A stretch of 59,071 nucleotides of DNA, from NCBI GenBank assembly GCA_037441285.1, contig JBBISL010000011.1, positions 1-59,071 of the forward strand. The letters run 5' to 3'. The number at the start of each line of letters is the position of its first letter. Position 1 is the first letter of the stretch. The position numbers were made by a program, and so were the translations under genes. Below are positions 37,490 through 48,200 of the stretch, one piece after another. A model generated the notes under the pieces. The model ran no database searches. It was not told the DNA's origin and saw nothing but the letters and a program-made list of their open reading frames with translations. Origin of the DNA: a candidate division WOR-3 bacterium (GTDB taxonomy: Bacteria; Hydrothermota; Tepidihabitantia; Tepidihabitantales; Tepidihabitantaceae).

Positions 37490-37732
37490 ATGCGCCAACT
37501 GCGCAAGGCACACATCTATGTCGGAATGATTCTCGCGCCCTTTGTCCTCTTAACCGCCTTGACCGGCGTACTGGTTCTTCTGTTTCAGCGGTTCTACGAA
37601 CTGCTACGCCTGCACGCCTGGTTCCGCTGGGGCGGTGTGCTTGTGGGCATCGGACTGATATTTATGATGCTCTCCGGCGTTGTCCTGCGCCTGAAAGAGG
37701 GGTTGAGCCGAAAACGAAAAAAGCCGCAGTAA
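37490..37732 (+). CDS. Small 2-TM protein (PepSY-TM-like)
   Basis: LRKAHIYVG...LTG...LH pattern. Confidence 0.6.
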   Translation: MRQLRKAHIYVGMILAPFVLLTALTGVLVLLFQRFYELLRLHAWFRWGGVLVGIGLIFMMLSGVVLRLKEGLSRKRKKPQ

Positions 37733-37739
37733 CATTAAT

Positions 37740-38324
37740 ATGGAACCATCCCGCATAACCCTCGTTGCCCTTGGCGCCACCGTTCTCGGGCTTCTGGTCT
37801 GCTTTTTTGGTTATCGCCTGCTCCGCTTCACCCTTGTGGTCATCGGTCTGGCGCTCGGCGCCTACCTGGGCTATATCATAAGTTTAACCCTGAGCATCAC
37901 CGGACCGGTAACGATAATTGTCATCGTCGTTCTCGCAATTGTCTGCGCCCTGTTGATGTCATTACTGTTCAAACTGGGGGTCTTCCTGCTCGGTGCTGCC
38001 GGCATGGTCTTGCTCTGCCGGACGCTGCTGCCGGCAACCGGTGGCTATTACCTCTTAATCATCGGACTTGCCGCCATCCTCGGTGGCATTCTCGCCCTTT
38101 TCATCAGTCGCCCGGTGCTCTCCCTGTTGACCGCATTTATCGGCTCCTACTCCACCATCACCGGCATCTTCGCCCTTCTCAAAGGACATAATATCCTGAA
38201 TTCGCCCGGTGCAAATCCACCGGTGATGGCGCTCTCCTGGATTGGGCTCGGTCTGCTCGGCTTTCTAATCCAGATTCTTCCTTCCCGCAAGAAAAAAGCG
38301 CACGCCCGTTCTGATAAAGAATAA
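37740..38324 (+). CDS. DUF4203/TMEM198-like membrane protein
   Basis: GLLVCFFGYRL motif and multiple TM helices. Confidence 0.75.
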   Translation: MEPSRITLVALGATVLGLLVCFFGYRLLRFTLVVIGLALGAYLGYIISLTLSITGPVTIIVIVVLAIVCALLMSLLFKLGVFLLGAAGMVLLCRTLLPATGGYYLLIIGLAAILGGILALFISRPVLSLLTAFIGSYSTITGIFALLKGHNILNSPGANPPVMALSWIGLGLLGFLIQILPSRKKKAHARSDKE

Positions 38325-38382
38325 CACCGAGGTTTGTTTATTTATCGGCTTGACTTCAACAACCGATGCGGTAAAATTTTCT

Positions 38383-38904
38383 GTGCCCGAAGAAACTACG
38401 GCGCCTGAGCGGGAAGAGCCCGGTATTGTCAAAACGGTCAAGGGCGACCGGGCAGAGGTTGAAGTCGTTCCCTCCGACTCCTGCCGGCATTGTGGCGCCG
38501 CTCACCTTTGCAACTGGTCCTGCGAACGCACCCGCACCATCGTTGCCCGCAACCCGATTGGCGCTAAACCCGGAGACCGAATTTACATCCAGCACGAAGA
38601 AAAAGAGCGGCTGCGCTCCACCCTGTTGATATTCGGTCTGCCCGCCCTGCTGATGATTTCCGGCGTCGTCATCGGCGCCATCCTTCTCAACGACCTCGGT
38701 GCTGCCGCTCTTGCCGGCATCGCGCTTTTAATCGCCATCGCTATCGTCCGGTTTCTCGAACACCGCCGGGCACATTCGGGCACCGGTTTACCGGTAATTA
38801 CCCGCCGGATAGTTGAAAATCAAACCACAGGAGGTCAAGATGAAAAAACTTTTGATAAGTCTGCTTGTTGTCCTGAGCACCCTGATGATGGCGCAAGGGG
38901 GTGA
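38383..38904 (+). CDS. RseC/MucC-family protein
   Basis: EEPGIV...CRHC...C, NPIGAKPGD, two TM helices; GTG 5 nt after TTGACT-N16-TAAAAT. Confidence 0.8.
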   Translation: MPEETTAPEREEPGIVKTVKGDRAEVEVVPSDSCRHCGAAHLCNWSCERTRTIVARNPIGAKPGDRIYIQHEEKERLRSTLLIFGLPALLMISGVVIGAILLNDLGAAALAGIALLIAIAIVRFLEHRRAHSGTGLPVITRRIVENQTTGGQDEKTFDKSACCPEHPDDGARG

Positions 38905-39763
38905 TATGCCCCAATTTAACAACCCCGAACACAGCAGCGCCCAGTTCTGGAAGGATGTAAAGTTTGTCCCGGACACCCTTTCCGCTGCGGCAAAACGGGG
39001 CACCTATCACGGCTGGTTCCGTCAGGACAATATCGATGTGAGCCGACTGGATTCCGGCGTCATTCGTGCCCGGGTTGAAGGCAAATGGCAGGAGTTCAAA
39101 ATTGTCTCAGTACCCGAGGGTTTTACCCAGTGGAACTTCAGCCGGCGTCTTGCCCAGTTAGGCAAAATCCGGGAGATGATGAAAAGCCAGAGCGGCGCTA
39201 TGCCGGAGATTGCCGGACCGCACAACGGCATCGTTGCCACGCATGGTTTGAAGCGCAACGACTCTTACTTTTCGCTCAACAATGCGGTCAAAGGGATGGG
39301 CTGGCTCCCGAAAAAGGAAAAACTGCCCGAGATGATTTCCCTGTTGCAGCGCACCTGGAACGACTCAACCGAACGCAAGATTGCCATCCTTGAAAGCCTT
39401 TACAACCATGGTCCGCAACTTTTTGACCTGACCAAGCAGACCTCGCTGGAACTGTACTCGAACCCCGGGTTTGAAACCCACACCTTCTTGAATCAGATGA
39501 CCGACCCCGGCGTCGCCATCGTCTTTCTCGACCTGCCCAAGTCTTATGAGTTGCGCGCCATCGCCCAGATGCTCCATCCCGAAGACCCGAATCTAACCGA
39601 ATACGAGAAACAGGTTGTTGACTATGTCAATCTGGTCCACGACTACTTTCACGGCAAATCGCCCCAGAAGTCGATCGCCGTGCTCTACCACATCGTGCAG
39701 GTGTTTGACAACTCACCCGGGAGAATGCGGGGCCAGCGCGTTGCACCACCAATTGAAAAGTAA
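38840..39763 (+). CDS. Exported hypothetical protein, possibly FMN-binding split barrel
   Basis: AGGAGGT SD; signal peptide; SLEL...HTF.N, SYELRA and VFDNS motifs. Confidence 0.6.
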   Translation: MKKLLISLLVVLSTLMMAQGGDMPQFNNPEHSSAQFWKDVKFVPDTLSAAAKRGTYHGWFRQDNIDVSRLDSGVIRARVEGKWQEFKIVSVPEGFTQWNFSRRLAQLGKIREMMKSQSGAMPEIAGPHNGIVATHGLKRNDSYFSLNNAVKGMGWLPKKEKLPEMISLLQRTWNDSTERKIAILESLYNHGPQLFDLTKQTSLELYSNPGFETHTFLNQMTDPGVAIVFLDLPKSYELRAIAQMLHPEDPNLTEYEKQVVDYVNLVHDYFHGKSPQKSIAVLYHIVQVFDNSPGRMRGQRVAPPIEK

Positions 39764-39764
39764 A

Positions 39765-39805
39765 CTTCCCCTCCCTTGATGGGAGGGGAAGAAGGGGAGG
39801 GTGTT
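39765..39805 (+). repeat. G-rich REP-like palindromic repeat, copy 2, flanked by 31-bp direct repeats
   Basis: CTTCCCCTCCC-TTGAT-GGGAGGGGAAG perfect 11-bp stem plus an AAGGGGAGGGTG tail; flanks 39734-39764 and 39806-39836 differ at 2 positions. Confidence 0.85.
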
Positions 39806-39890
39806 CAGCGCGTTGCACCACCACTCGAAAAGTAAAAATCGACGGCGTACCAGGTTGACAATCTCTCAGCGCTAAATATCTTATAATTTA

Positions 39891-40496
39891 GTGGCAAAAA
39901 GCAAAAGTCTCCAGTTAGCGGTACCGGGTTTACCGGTTTCGGATAAAGAACTGGTGCGCCGGGCACAGCAGGGCAAAGTCGAGGCGTTTGAAGAACTGGT
40001 CCGGCTCTACGAGCGGAAGGTGTACAACATCACCTACCGACTGCTCGGCAATGAAGAGGATGCCAACGAAGCCCTTCAGGACACATTCGTCCGTGCCTAC
40101 CGTTCCATCTCCCGGTTTAAGTTCAAATCCAGTTTCTACACCTGGCTCTACCGTATCGCCACCAATGTCAGCCTTACCAAACTGCGCCGGCGCAAAACCC
40201 AGGAAACCGTTTCCCTCGACGAACCGGTAAAAAATACCGACGACCTGAAGTACGACATCCCGGACTCCCATTCAACTCCCGAGCAGGCGTTTGAGCAGAA
40301 GCGCCTCCGGGAAAGGCTGCAGGAAGCACTCGCCCGGTTGCCCAAAGAGTACCGAACCGTGGTCGTGATGCGCGACCTTGAAGGGTTGAGTAATGAAGAG
40401 GTCAGCGCAACGCTGGGAATAACCGTCCCGGCGGTGAAGTCGCGCCTTCACCGCGGCCGAATGGCGTTGCGCGAGCAACTGGCGCGCTATCTCTAA
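39891..40496 (+). CDS. ECF sigma factor (RpoE/SigW-like)
   Basis: AFEELV..YE, FYTWLYRIATN, EGLSNEEV and VKSRLHRGR. Confidence 0.93.
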   Translation: MAKSKSLQLAVPGLPVSDKELVRRAQQGKVEAFEELVRLYERKVYNITYRLLGNEEDANEALQDTFVRAYRSISRFKFKSSFYTWLYRIATNVSLTKLRRRKTQETVSLDEPVKNTDDLKYDIPDSHSTPEQAFEQKRLRERLQEALARLPKEYRTVVVMRDLEGLSNEEVSATLGITVPAVKSRLHRGRMALREQLARYL

Positions 40497-40505
40497 GGGA
40501 GCACT

Positions 40506-40766
40506 ATGAGAAAGAAAAAAACGCGAATCTGTGACTGCACCGAACTAAAAGTCTGGGCAGCACTTTATGTTGAAGGTGAGGCACCGCCAACGATTAGACA
40601 ACTCCTTTTGCTCCACATCCAGACCTGCCGCGCCTGCGCCCAGCTGGTCCACAGCCTGCAACGCACCGTCGATTTATGTCGCCTCCAGCCCAATTGTGAT
40701 ATGCCGGCGCAGGCACATGAAAAACTGTGGGGTGCGCTCAAAAAGCACCTGAAGCCTAAAAAATAA
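40506..40766 (+). CDS. Soluble zinc-finger (zf-HC2) anti-sigma factor
   Basis: HIQTCRAC (HxxxCxxC) motif directly after the ECF sigma gene. Confidence 0.8.
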   Translation: MRKKKTRICDCTELKVWAALYVEGEAPPTIRQLLLLHIQTCRACAQLVHSLQRTVDLCRLQPNCDMPAQAHEKLWGALKKHLKPKK

Positions 40767-40781
40767 AACCGGCGGAAACTG

Positions 40782-41855
40782 ATGCGGGTCGTTGTTGCAA
40801 TGTCGGGCGGGGTTGACTCTTCGGTCGCCGCCGCGCTCCTGAAAGAACAGGGCTACGAAGTAATCGGCATCACGATGCGCCTCTACGACGAAACCCGGCG
40901 CACCCCCCCGAATTCCGGCTGCTGTGGCTCGGAAGCGGTCACCAGCGCCCGGCGCGCCGCGCTCGTTTTAGGCATTCCCTTTTACACCCTTGACCTCCGC
41001 GCCCAGTTTCAAGAACAGGTCATTGAACATTTCATCATCCAGTACGCTCAGGGCAGGACACCCAACCCCTGTCTGCGCTGCAACCAGTTGATCAAGTTTG
41101 ATGTTTTGCGGGAAAAGGCACGTCACCTTGACGCCCGAGTCATCGCCACGGGCCATCACGCCCGGCTGAAAAAAGACCCTCAGGGCTTGTGGCATCTTTA
41201 CAAAGGTGTTGACCCGAACAAAGACCAGTCTTACTTTCTTTACACCCTGACCCAGCGGCAGATGGCGGAACTTTTACTGCCGATTGGCGAATATACCAAG
41301 GAAGAGGTCCGGACACTTGCCGCCCGTTTCGGCTTGCCCAATGCCCGGCGCCCGGAAAGTCAGGAGATATGTTTTGTGCCCGACAACGACTACGCCGCCT
41401 TTCTGAACCAGATTCGTCCCGAAATTTTCCAGCCCGGGCCCATCTACGACACAAACGGAAATTTGCTGGGGGAACATCCCGGCATCGTCCACTTCACCAT
41501 CGGTCAGCGCAAGGGTCTGAAAATCGCCCTGGGCGAACGCCGCTATGTTGTCAGAATTGACCCGCATCGTAATGCGGTTATCATTGGTTCGGCACCGGAT
41601 GTCTATCACCGGGTCGTAAACGCCTCGGATGCTTCCTGGATTTCTGGTAAACCACCGGAGAATAAGACCCGGGTCTGGGCAAAAGTCCGCTATCAAGGCA
41701 TTGGTTCCTGGGCTGAGGTTGAACTTCAGCCCGAAAATCGGGTCCGGGTTGTGTTTGAGCAGCCCCAATGGGCACCAACACCCGGTCAGGCGATTGTCTT
41801 CTGGCAGAACGACGAGGTGCTGGGCGGGGCAACAATTGAAAGCAGTGAAAGATAA
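40782..41855 (+). CDS. mnmA: tRNA 2-thiouridine(34) synthase
   Basis: AMSGGVDSS, TPNPCLRCN, ATGH, KDQSYFL, ESQEICF and TPGQ. Confidence 0.96.
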   Translation: MRVVVAMSGGVDSSVAAALLKEQGYEVIGITMRLYDETRRTPPNSGCCGSEAVTSARRAALVLGIPFYTLDLRAQFQEQVIEHFIIQYAQGRTPNPCLRCNQLIKFDVLREKARHLDARVIATGHHARLKKDPQGLWHLYKGVDPNKDQSYFLYTLTQRQMAELLLPIGEYTKEEVRTLAARFGLPNARRPESQEICFVPDNDYAAFLNQIRPEIFQPGPIYDTNGNLLGEHPGIVHFTIGQRKGLKIALGERRYVVRIDPHRNAVIIGSAPDVYHRVVNASDASWISGKPPENKTRVWAKVRYQGIGSWAEVELQPENRVRVVFEQPQWAPTPGQAIVFWQNDEVLGGATIESSER

Positions 41856-41864
41856 GGAGGTTTT

Positions 41865-43436
41865 ATGAATTTAATCATCAGCCTGCTCTTGGGTATGACC
41901 GTCTCCTCAAAAATTGACACGGTTATCGTCTATTCCAATCAGGTGGTCGTTGTGCGCACCGCTTCGGTCACCCTGAACGGCACTGAAGAACTGACAATAC
42001 CCGACCTGCCTGGTGCCCTGGACAACAACTCAGTGCGCATCCGCGCCTCGGGCTTACGCATCGGTGAGGTTCAGGTAAAACCGGGTTACCTTGCGGAACC
42101 AACCCCGGAGGTCAAAAGGCTGGAAAACCGGGTCAAGGCGCTGGAAGACAGTGTGAAGATGCTCGAAGATGAGGCGACCATCCTCAAAGCCCGGGAGGAT
42201 TTCCTCAATTCAATAAAACTTGGTGCCCCCGAAATCATCGCCCGTGAACTCCACGAGGGCAAGGTTGCCCCGGAGTCGTGGCGCGGCGCCCTGAACTTCG
42301 TTGCCGACGAGTTGAGCAAAGTAAAGCTGCGGACCATTACCCTTTCCCGGCAGCAAGATGACACGAGAAAACGGCTTGATGCTGCCCGGCAGGAACTGGC
42401 GGATGCCCGTGCCCTGCGCGAGAACCGCAAACAGTTGCGGTTTATTGTTGAAGGTGAACCCGGTTCCTACCGGCTGGTTATCGCCTATTCCTTACCCCGG
42501 GCAGCAAACTGGCAACCTTATTATGAACTGCGGGCAAAACCGGGTACCGACCAGGTGGATATCAACTACTTTGCCCGACTCAACCAGCGTACCGGCGAAG
42601 ACTGGGACGATGTCAAGGTTATCCTTTCCACCGCAACACCGAGCCGGGAACTCCAGCCCCCGCAACCCTATCCCTGGTACCTGTGGTTGATTGAAGAATC
42701 CGCGCAGAGAGTTGCCCGCACCGAGGCGGGATATGCCTCCGAAGCCGCGGTTCCAGAGGACGCCTTCAAAAGAGCACCCGCACCCGGTGGCGAAGAGATA
42801 ACGACGGTCGAAACCGGTGTGTCCATCCAGTATGTTATTCCCGGTCGGGTGAGCCTGAAGTCCGGGGAACAGGCAAAAAAACTTCCCCTGAAACAGATTA
42901 CCCTGCCTGCCCGTTTTGAGTACTACACCCTGCCCCGCGCTGCCGAAAAGGCGTTTCTCACCGCCCAGCTTGCCAACAACTCTGACCTCATTCTGCTCAG
43001 TGGCGAAGCCAGCACCTATGTCGGCGACGAGTACACCGGCACAACCGCCATCGCTCCGGTCGCGCCCCAGGAGTCGCTCGAACTCGGCTTTGGCATCGAC
43101 GACCGCATCAAAGTGCGACGAGAACTGGTCAAGACCTTTAAGAGCCGTACCGGACTTTTGAACAGAACCGAACGGCTCCAGTTCGTCTATCGCACCACCG
43201 TTGAGAACTACAACCCGAAACCGATTAAAATCAAAATCGTCGAACAGGTGCCGGTCTCACAGCAGAAGGAGATTAAAGTTACCATCAGCCGGCTGGAACC
43301 AAAACCGACCGAGCAGGATGAAGCGCAGGGTACTTTAACCTACACCACCGAAATCCCCTCGGGCAACAAATTTGAAATCAACCTTGAGTACAATGTTGAG
43401 TACCCGTCAGGGAAAAAGGTAAGCGGGCTGTATTAA
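41865..43436 (+). CDS. DUF4140/DUF4139 (MuiA-like) protein
   Basis: SKIDTVIVY, WQPYYELR, QRTGEDW..V..LST and LGFGIDDRI. Confidence 0.88.
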   Translation: MNLIISLLLGMTVSSKIDTVIVYSNQVVVVRTASVTLNGTEELTIPDLPGALDNNSVRIRASGLRIGEVQVKPGYLAEPTPEVKRLENRVKALEDSVKMLEDEATILKAREDFLNSIKLGAPEIIARELHEGKVAPESWRGALNFVADELSKVKLRTITLSRQQDDTRKRLDAARQELADARALRENRKQLRFIVEGEPGSYRLVIAYSLPRAANWQPYYELRAKPGTDQVDINYFARLNQRTGEDWDDVKVILSTATPSRELQPPQPYPWYLWLIEESAQRVARTEAGYASEAAVPEDAFKRAPAPGGEEITTVETGVSIQYVIPGRVSLKSGEQAKKLPLKQITLPARFEYYTLPRAAEKAFLTAQLANNSDLILLSGEASTYVGDEYTGTTAIAPVAPQESLELGFGIDDRIKVRRELVKTFKSRTGLLNRTERLQFVYRTTVENYNPKPIKIKIVEQVPVSQQKEIKVTISRLEPKPTEQDEAQGTLTYTTEIPSGNKFEINLEYNVEYPSGKKVSGLY

Positions 43437-43444
43437 CCCGGTTG

Positions 43445-44743
43445 ATGGTCACAATAATTGGCGCTGGACTTGCCGGCTGTGAAGCGGCACTCCAGTGCCG
43501 GCGCCTTGGTGTTGCGGTCCGGCTCTACGAAATGCGTCCCTTGGTGATGACCCCGGCGCATCAAACCGGTGATGTTGCTGAACTGGTCTGTTCCAACTCC
43601 CTGAAATCCGAAGAGACAACCAATGCCCATGGCTTACTCAAAGCCGAGTTGAAAATCTACCGTTCGTTTCTCCTTAAATGTGCCGAACGGGCGCGGGTGC
43701 CGGGTGGTAAAGCGCTCGTCGTTGACCGGAAAAAGTTCTCCCTTGAAGTGGAAAAAGAACTGCAACAGGCAGGAGTCGAACTCATCCGCCGCGAAATCGC
43801 AACACCACCCGAAACCACCACCATCATCGCCGCTGGTCCCCTTGCTTCGCCACCGCTCACCCAGTTTCTTAGCCACTTTCTTGGTGCCCGGCAATTGTTC
43901 TTCTACGATGCGATTGCTCCGATTGTCGCTGCCGAATCGTTGAACCTTGAAAAAATGTTTGCCGCCTCCCGCTATGGCAAAGGCGACGACTACCTAAACT
44001 GCCCCTTAACCGAACCGGAGTACAACCGTCTGGTTGAAGAACTTGCCCGCGGCGAACTGTACCCGGCGCACGACTTTGACCGTGTCCCCTTCTTTGAAGG
44101 GTGCCTGCCCATCGAAGAACTTGCCCGCCGCGACCGCCTTGCCCTTGCCTTTGGTCCCTTAAAACCGGTCGGACTTATCGACCCCCGCACCGGCAAAATG
44201 CCCTTTGCCGTTGTCCAGTTACGCAAGGAAAACCAGGCGGGCACAATGTTTAACCTCGTTGGCTTTCAAACCCGGCTCAAGCGCGCCGAACAGGAGCGCA
44301 TCTTCCGCCTTATCCCGGGCTTGGAGCGCGCCCAATTTCTCCGTTACGGCAGCATCCACCGCAACACCTTCTTAAACAGTCCCGAAATCCTCTTGTCCAC
44401 CCTCCAGACGAAAAAAAGACCAGACCTCTTTATCGCCGGTCAACTGACCGGGGTTGAAGGCTATGTTGAATCAATCGCCACCGGCTTTTTAGCCGGCATC
44501 AATGCCGCGCGCCTTGTTCGCAACGAACCGCCCCTTGTCCTGCCCGAAACCACCATCCTCGGTGCACTTCTAAAATACATCACCTCCCCCAACCCAAACT
44601 TCCAGCCGATGAACGCCAACTTTGGCATCCTGCCCCCCATCAACACCAGCGCCCGGGGCTTAAAAAAGCGCACCATTCTTGCCCAACGCGCTCTGAATGC
44701 GGCACACACTCGGGCGAAAAAACATTTTGACATTGACGCTTAA
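43445..44743 (+). CDS. trmFO: Folate/FAD-dependent tRNA (uracil-54) methyltransferase
   Basis: IIGAGLAGCEAA, ELVCSNS, FYDAIAP, FEGCLPIE and AGQLTGVEGY. Confidence 0.96.
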   Translation: MVTIIGAGLAGCEAALQCRRLGVAVRLYEMRPLVMTPAHQTGDVAELVCSNSLKSEETTNAHGLLKAELKIYRSFLLKCAERARVPGGKALVVDRKKFSLEVEKELQQAGVELIRREIATPPETTTIIAAGPLASPPLTQFLSHFLGARQLFFYDAIAPIVAAESLNLEKMFAASRYGKGDDYLNCPLTEPEYNRLVEELARGELYPAHDFDRVPFFEGCLPIEELARRDRLALAFGPLKPVGLIDPRTGKMPFAVVQLRKENQAGTMFNLVGFQTRLKRAEQERIFRLIPGLERAQFLRYGSIHRNTFLNSPEILLSTLQTKKRPDLFIAGQLTGVEGYVESIATGFLAGINAARLVRNEPPLVLPETTILGALLKYITSPNPNFQPMNANFGILPPINTSARGLKKRTILAQRALNAAHTRAKKHFDIDA

Positions 44744-44763
44744 AAGAGTAAAATTTTATACTA

Positions 44764-45195
44764 ATGGCGCGACCGCCCGAAAAAACCCTCCTCGTCATTA
44801 AACCCGATGCGGTAAAAAAAGGGCTTATCGGTGCGATTATCTCCCGTCTAGAACAGGCAGGATTCACTATCACCGGTATGGTGATGAAACAACTGAGCCG
44901 CGCCGAAGCCGAAGGGTTTTATGCCATCCACCGCGGCAAAGACTTTTTTGCCGGACTCGTGGAGTTCATCACCTCGGGACCGGTGGTGGCGCTTTTGATT
45001 GAAGGTGAAGGCTGTCAACCGCGCCTCCGGGAATTTGTCGGTGCTACCGACCCGGCAAAGGCAAAACCGGGAACCATCCGCGCCGAGTTTGGTACCTCGG
45101 TCCGGATGAATGCGGTCCACGCCTCCAATCCCGAAGAAGATGTCAACCGGGAGATAAATTTTTTCTTCCCGGACCAAAACCAAAACCTTAGGTAA
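44764..45195 (+). CDS. ndk: Nucleoside diphosphate kinase
   Basis: IKPDAV, FITSGPVVA, PGTIR and NAVHAS. Confidence 0.95.
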   Translation: MARPPEKTLLVIKPDAVKKGLIGAIISRLEQAGFTITGMVMKQLSRAEAEGFYAIHRGKDFFAGLVEFITSGPVVALLIEGEGCQPRLREFVGATDPAKAKPGTIRAEFGTSVRMNAVHASNPEEDVNREINFFFPDQNQNLR

Positions 45196-45206
45196 AAGGA
45201 GAAAGA

Positions 45207-48200
45207 ATGAAGAAGAACTTGTCAGGTTTCAAGATGCTCCGATTCTGGGGGCTTTTCTTGTTTCTGCCGCAGGCGTTGCTTGCCGGCACGATAACCACAA
45301 CACTGGAGTTCAATACCGGTGACCTCTATATCACCGAAGCGAACGGGTATGATCTTGTTCAGATGCCGAGCTACGCCTCGACCGCTGAACCGGGCAAACC
45401 ATCACTACCCATCGCCTCGTTCAATGTTGTTATTCCGGCTAACGCCGCAGTGACGGCGATTCGGGTCGCTCCCGAACAGGTACTTGAACTGCCCGGTGTT
45501 TACCGGGTTCATCCCACCCAGCCACCGGTCCCGCTTTCGGCGAAAACCCAGCCCCAATTTGTTCCGCCCGACCCGGTTGTTTACTCAACACCGGCAAACT
45601 ATCCCGAAGCCGATTACGAATGGAACCGCTACACCGGCACGATGATGGGCTGGCGGGTGTGCCCTTTTGCGGTTTATCCTCTGCACTGGAACCCCGTTAC
45701 CGGCAAACTCACGCTTTACCGCCGGGTAAAGGTCTATGTCGATTACGAGGAAGGTGCGGTAACACCACCGACCTTAACCGAAAAGCAAATTGAACATTTC
45801 GGTCCGGCGGTTGCGAGCGTTGTTGTCAACCCGGAAGCGGTCAAGCAGTTTGCCCCGCCCCAGCGGTTACGTGACAATATGGACTGTGACTACTGCATCA
45901 TCACCAGTTCCTCCCTCGCTGCGAACTTCCAGAGTTTTGCCGAATGGCGCACCAAAAAGGGCTACTACACCCGAATCTTCAAAACCGACTCCATTAGCGG
46001 TGTTTACCCGGGACGGGACCTGCAGGAAAAAATCCGCAATTTTATCATTGACTACTGGCAGAACCACGGCTTAATCTATGTCCTCTTAGCCGGTGACAAC
46101 TCAATTGTTCCTGCCCGGCGTGGCTATGTCGATGTTTCGGGCACTGCCGACTACATCCCGGCTGATGTCTACTATGCTGACCTGCAGTGGTCCTGGGATG
46201 GCAACCGCAACAACATCTTCGGTGAAGTCGGTGGTGATACCGTTGACCTGTTCTATGACCTGTTCATCGGTCGGGCTTCGGTGGACAACGCCACCCAGGT
46301 CAGCACATTTGTCAATAAAACGCTCTACTACGAAAAAACCCCGACCACCGACTACCTGCAAAAGATGCTTTTGCCCTATGTTGAACTGTGGACCGGCTAC
46401 TCAGGCAGAATCGTCTCCGACACCATCGCCGCCAAAACGCCCTCGGGCTGGGCTGACCGTTACATCGCCAACCCGACAAGCACGACCCCGATGCGGGACT
46501 CAATCAACGCCGGTTTTCACTTCTGTCACGCTGCGGCTCATGGCGATGACTACGGCTTCTACACCCAATCGGGCACACCCATCTACACCACCACCGTTGC
46601 CCGCAACCAGACGAACTCCACCCGGCCCGTGATATTGAACTCAATTGCCTGCATCTCCGGCAACTTTGAAGCCTCGGACTGCCTCGCCGAAGAACTGGTC
46701 AACAACGCCAATGGCGGCGCCGTCGCAACCATTATGAACTCCCGCTACGGCTGGGGCACACCGCCGTCAATGGGTCCATCAGAAAAACTGGACTGTATCT
46801 TCTACGACTACTACTTCTTGGGCGACACGGTCGAAATCGGGCGTACCCACTGCTCGAGTAAAGGCGTCTACGGTTATATGGCGGAAAGTCAAGCGCTCTG
46901 GAGATGGTGCTACTACGACTTGAACCTCTTCGGTGACCCCGCGCGACCGTTGTGGAACGGCGTTCCCGGCACAATGACCGTTCAGAATCGGGACAGCACC
47001 ACGACCGGCGCCCAGACCTTCCAGGTCACGGTAACCAGCGGTGGCAACCCGGTTGTTGGTGCTCTGGTCTGCCTCTACAAACCGGGCGAACTGCACGAAA
47101 TTGGCCGCACCGATGGTTCCGGCGTTGCCCGCGTTACGATCAACCCTATCACCCCGGGCACGATGTACCTGACCATCACCCGCAAGCAGTTTCTGCCGGT
47201 GGAAAAGACGGTCACGGTCATTCCTGGTGCCCCCCAGCCCTATATCTCAATTCAGGGCATCTATATTGACGACGGCGCCAATCACCAGCTCGACCCGGGT
47301 GAAACCGCCGACCTCTATGTCACCTTAAAAAATCTCGGCAATGCCGGTGCCACCAGTGTCAACGGTACGCTCCGCACCGCCTCCGCTTATATCACCCGGC
47401 TCGACTCAACCAGCGCCTATGGCAACCTCAATTCCGGTGACACCGCGCGCGGCGACCGGTATCGCTTGAGCGCCAGCGCCTCCACCCCACCCGGCACTCA
47501 GATCTCCTTCACCCTTCACATCACCAGCAGCGAAGGCACCTGGGACCAGCCTTTCACCCTCACCGTGGGTACACCAAGTCAACCCGGTGCCGTTACCCTT
47601 GACCACGACACCGGCTATTGTCGACTCACCGTCACCGCCCTCGGCTCAATCGGTTTCACCGAACCACCTTCTGTTGATGTGGGCTCAGGATTCTCCTATC
47701 CCAAGACTTCATCCTCCAGCCTTTACTACGCCAGTTTCCTTCTGGGCAACAGCACCAGTTACATTGTCGACCGGTTTTATGGCCAACCCGCATCCAGTTA
47801 CAACACCGACTTCCGGATTGTTGACTCCTTGCGTCCGGTAACGCCCCCTCAGGCGGGCGCTGAGCAGTTCCGGGCGGTCATCAGTGATGCGGCTCACACC
47901 ACCCCGCAAAACATCCGGGTCACTCAGAACTCCTATATGGATGCGAGAAGCGGCTACGACGACTTCGTCGTTCTGGTCTACGACATCCAGAACCAGGGTT
48001 CCAGTGCAGTGAACGGGCTTTATGCCGGTATCTTTGCCGACTTTGATGTTGGTTCCAGCCCCACATCCAACACCGTAACCTCCAACGAAACCAAACGGTT
48101 CTCCTTTATGCGCTCCTCGTCCAGTGCCAATCCCTGTGTCGGCATAAAAATCCTCTCTCCCCAATCCTTTGCCAACCTCTGTGCCATCGACCACGCCCGC

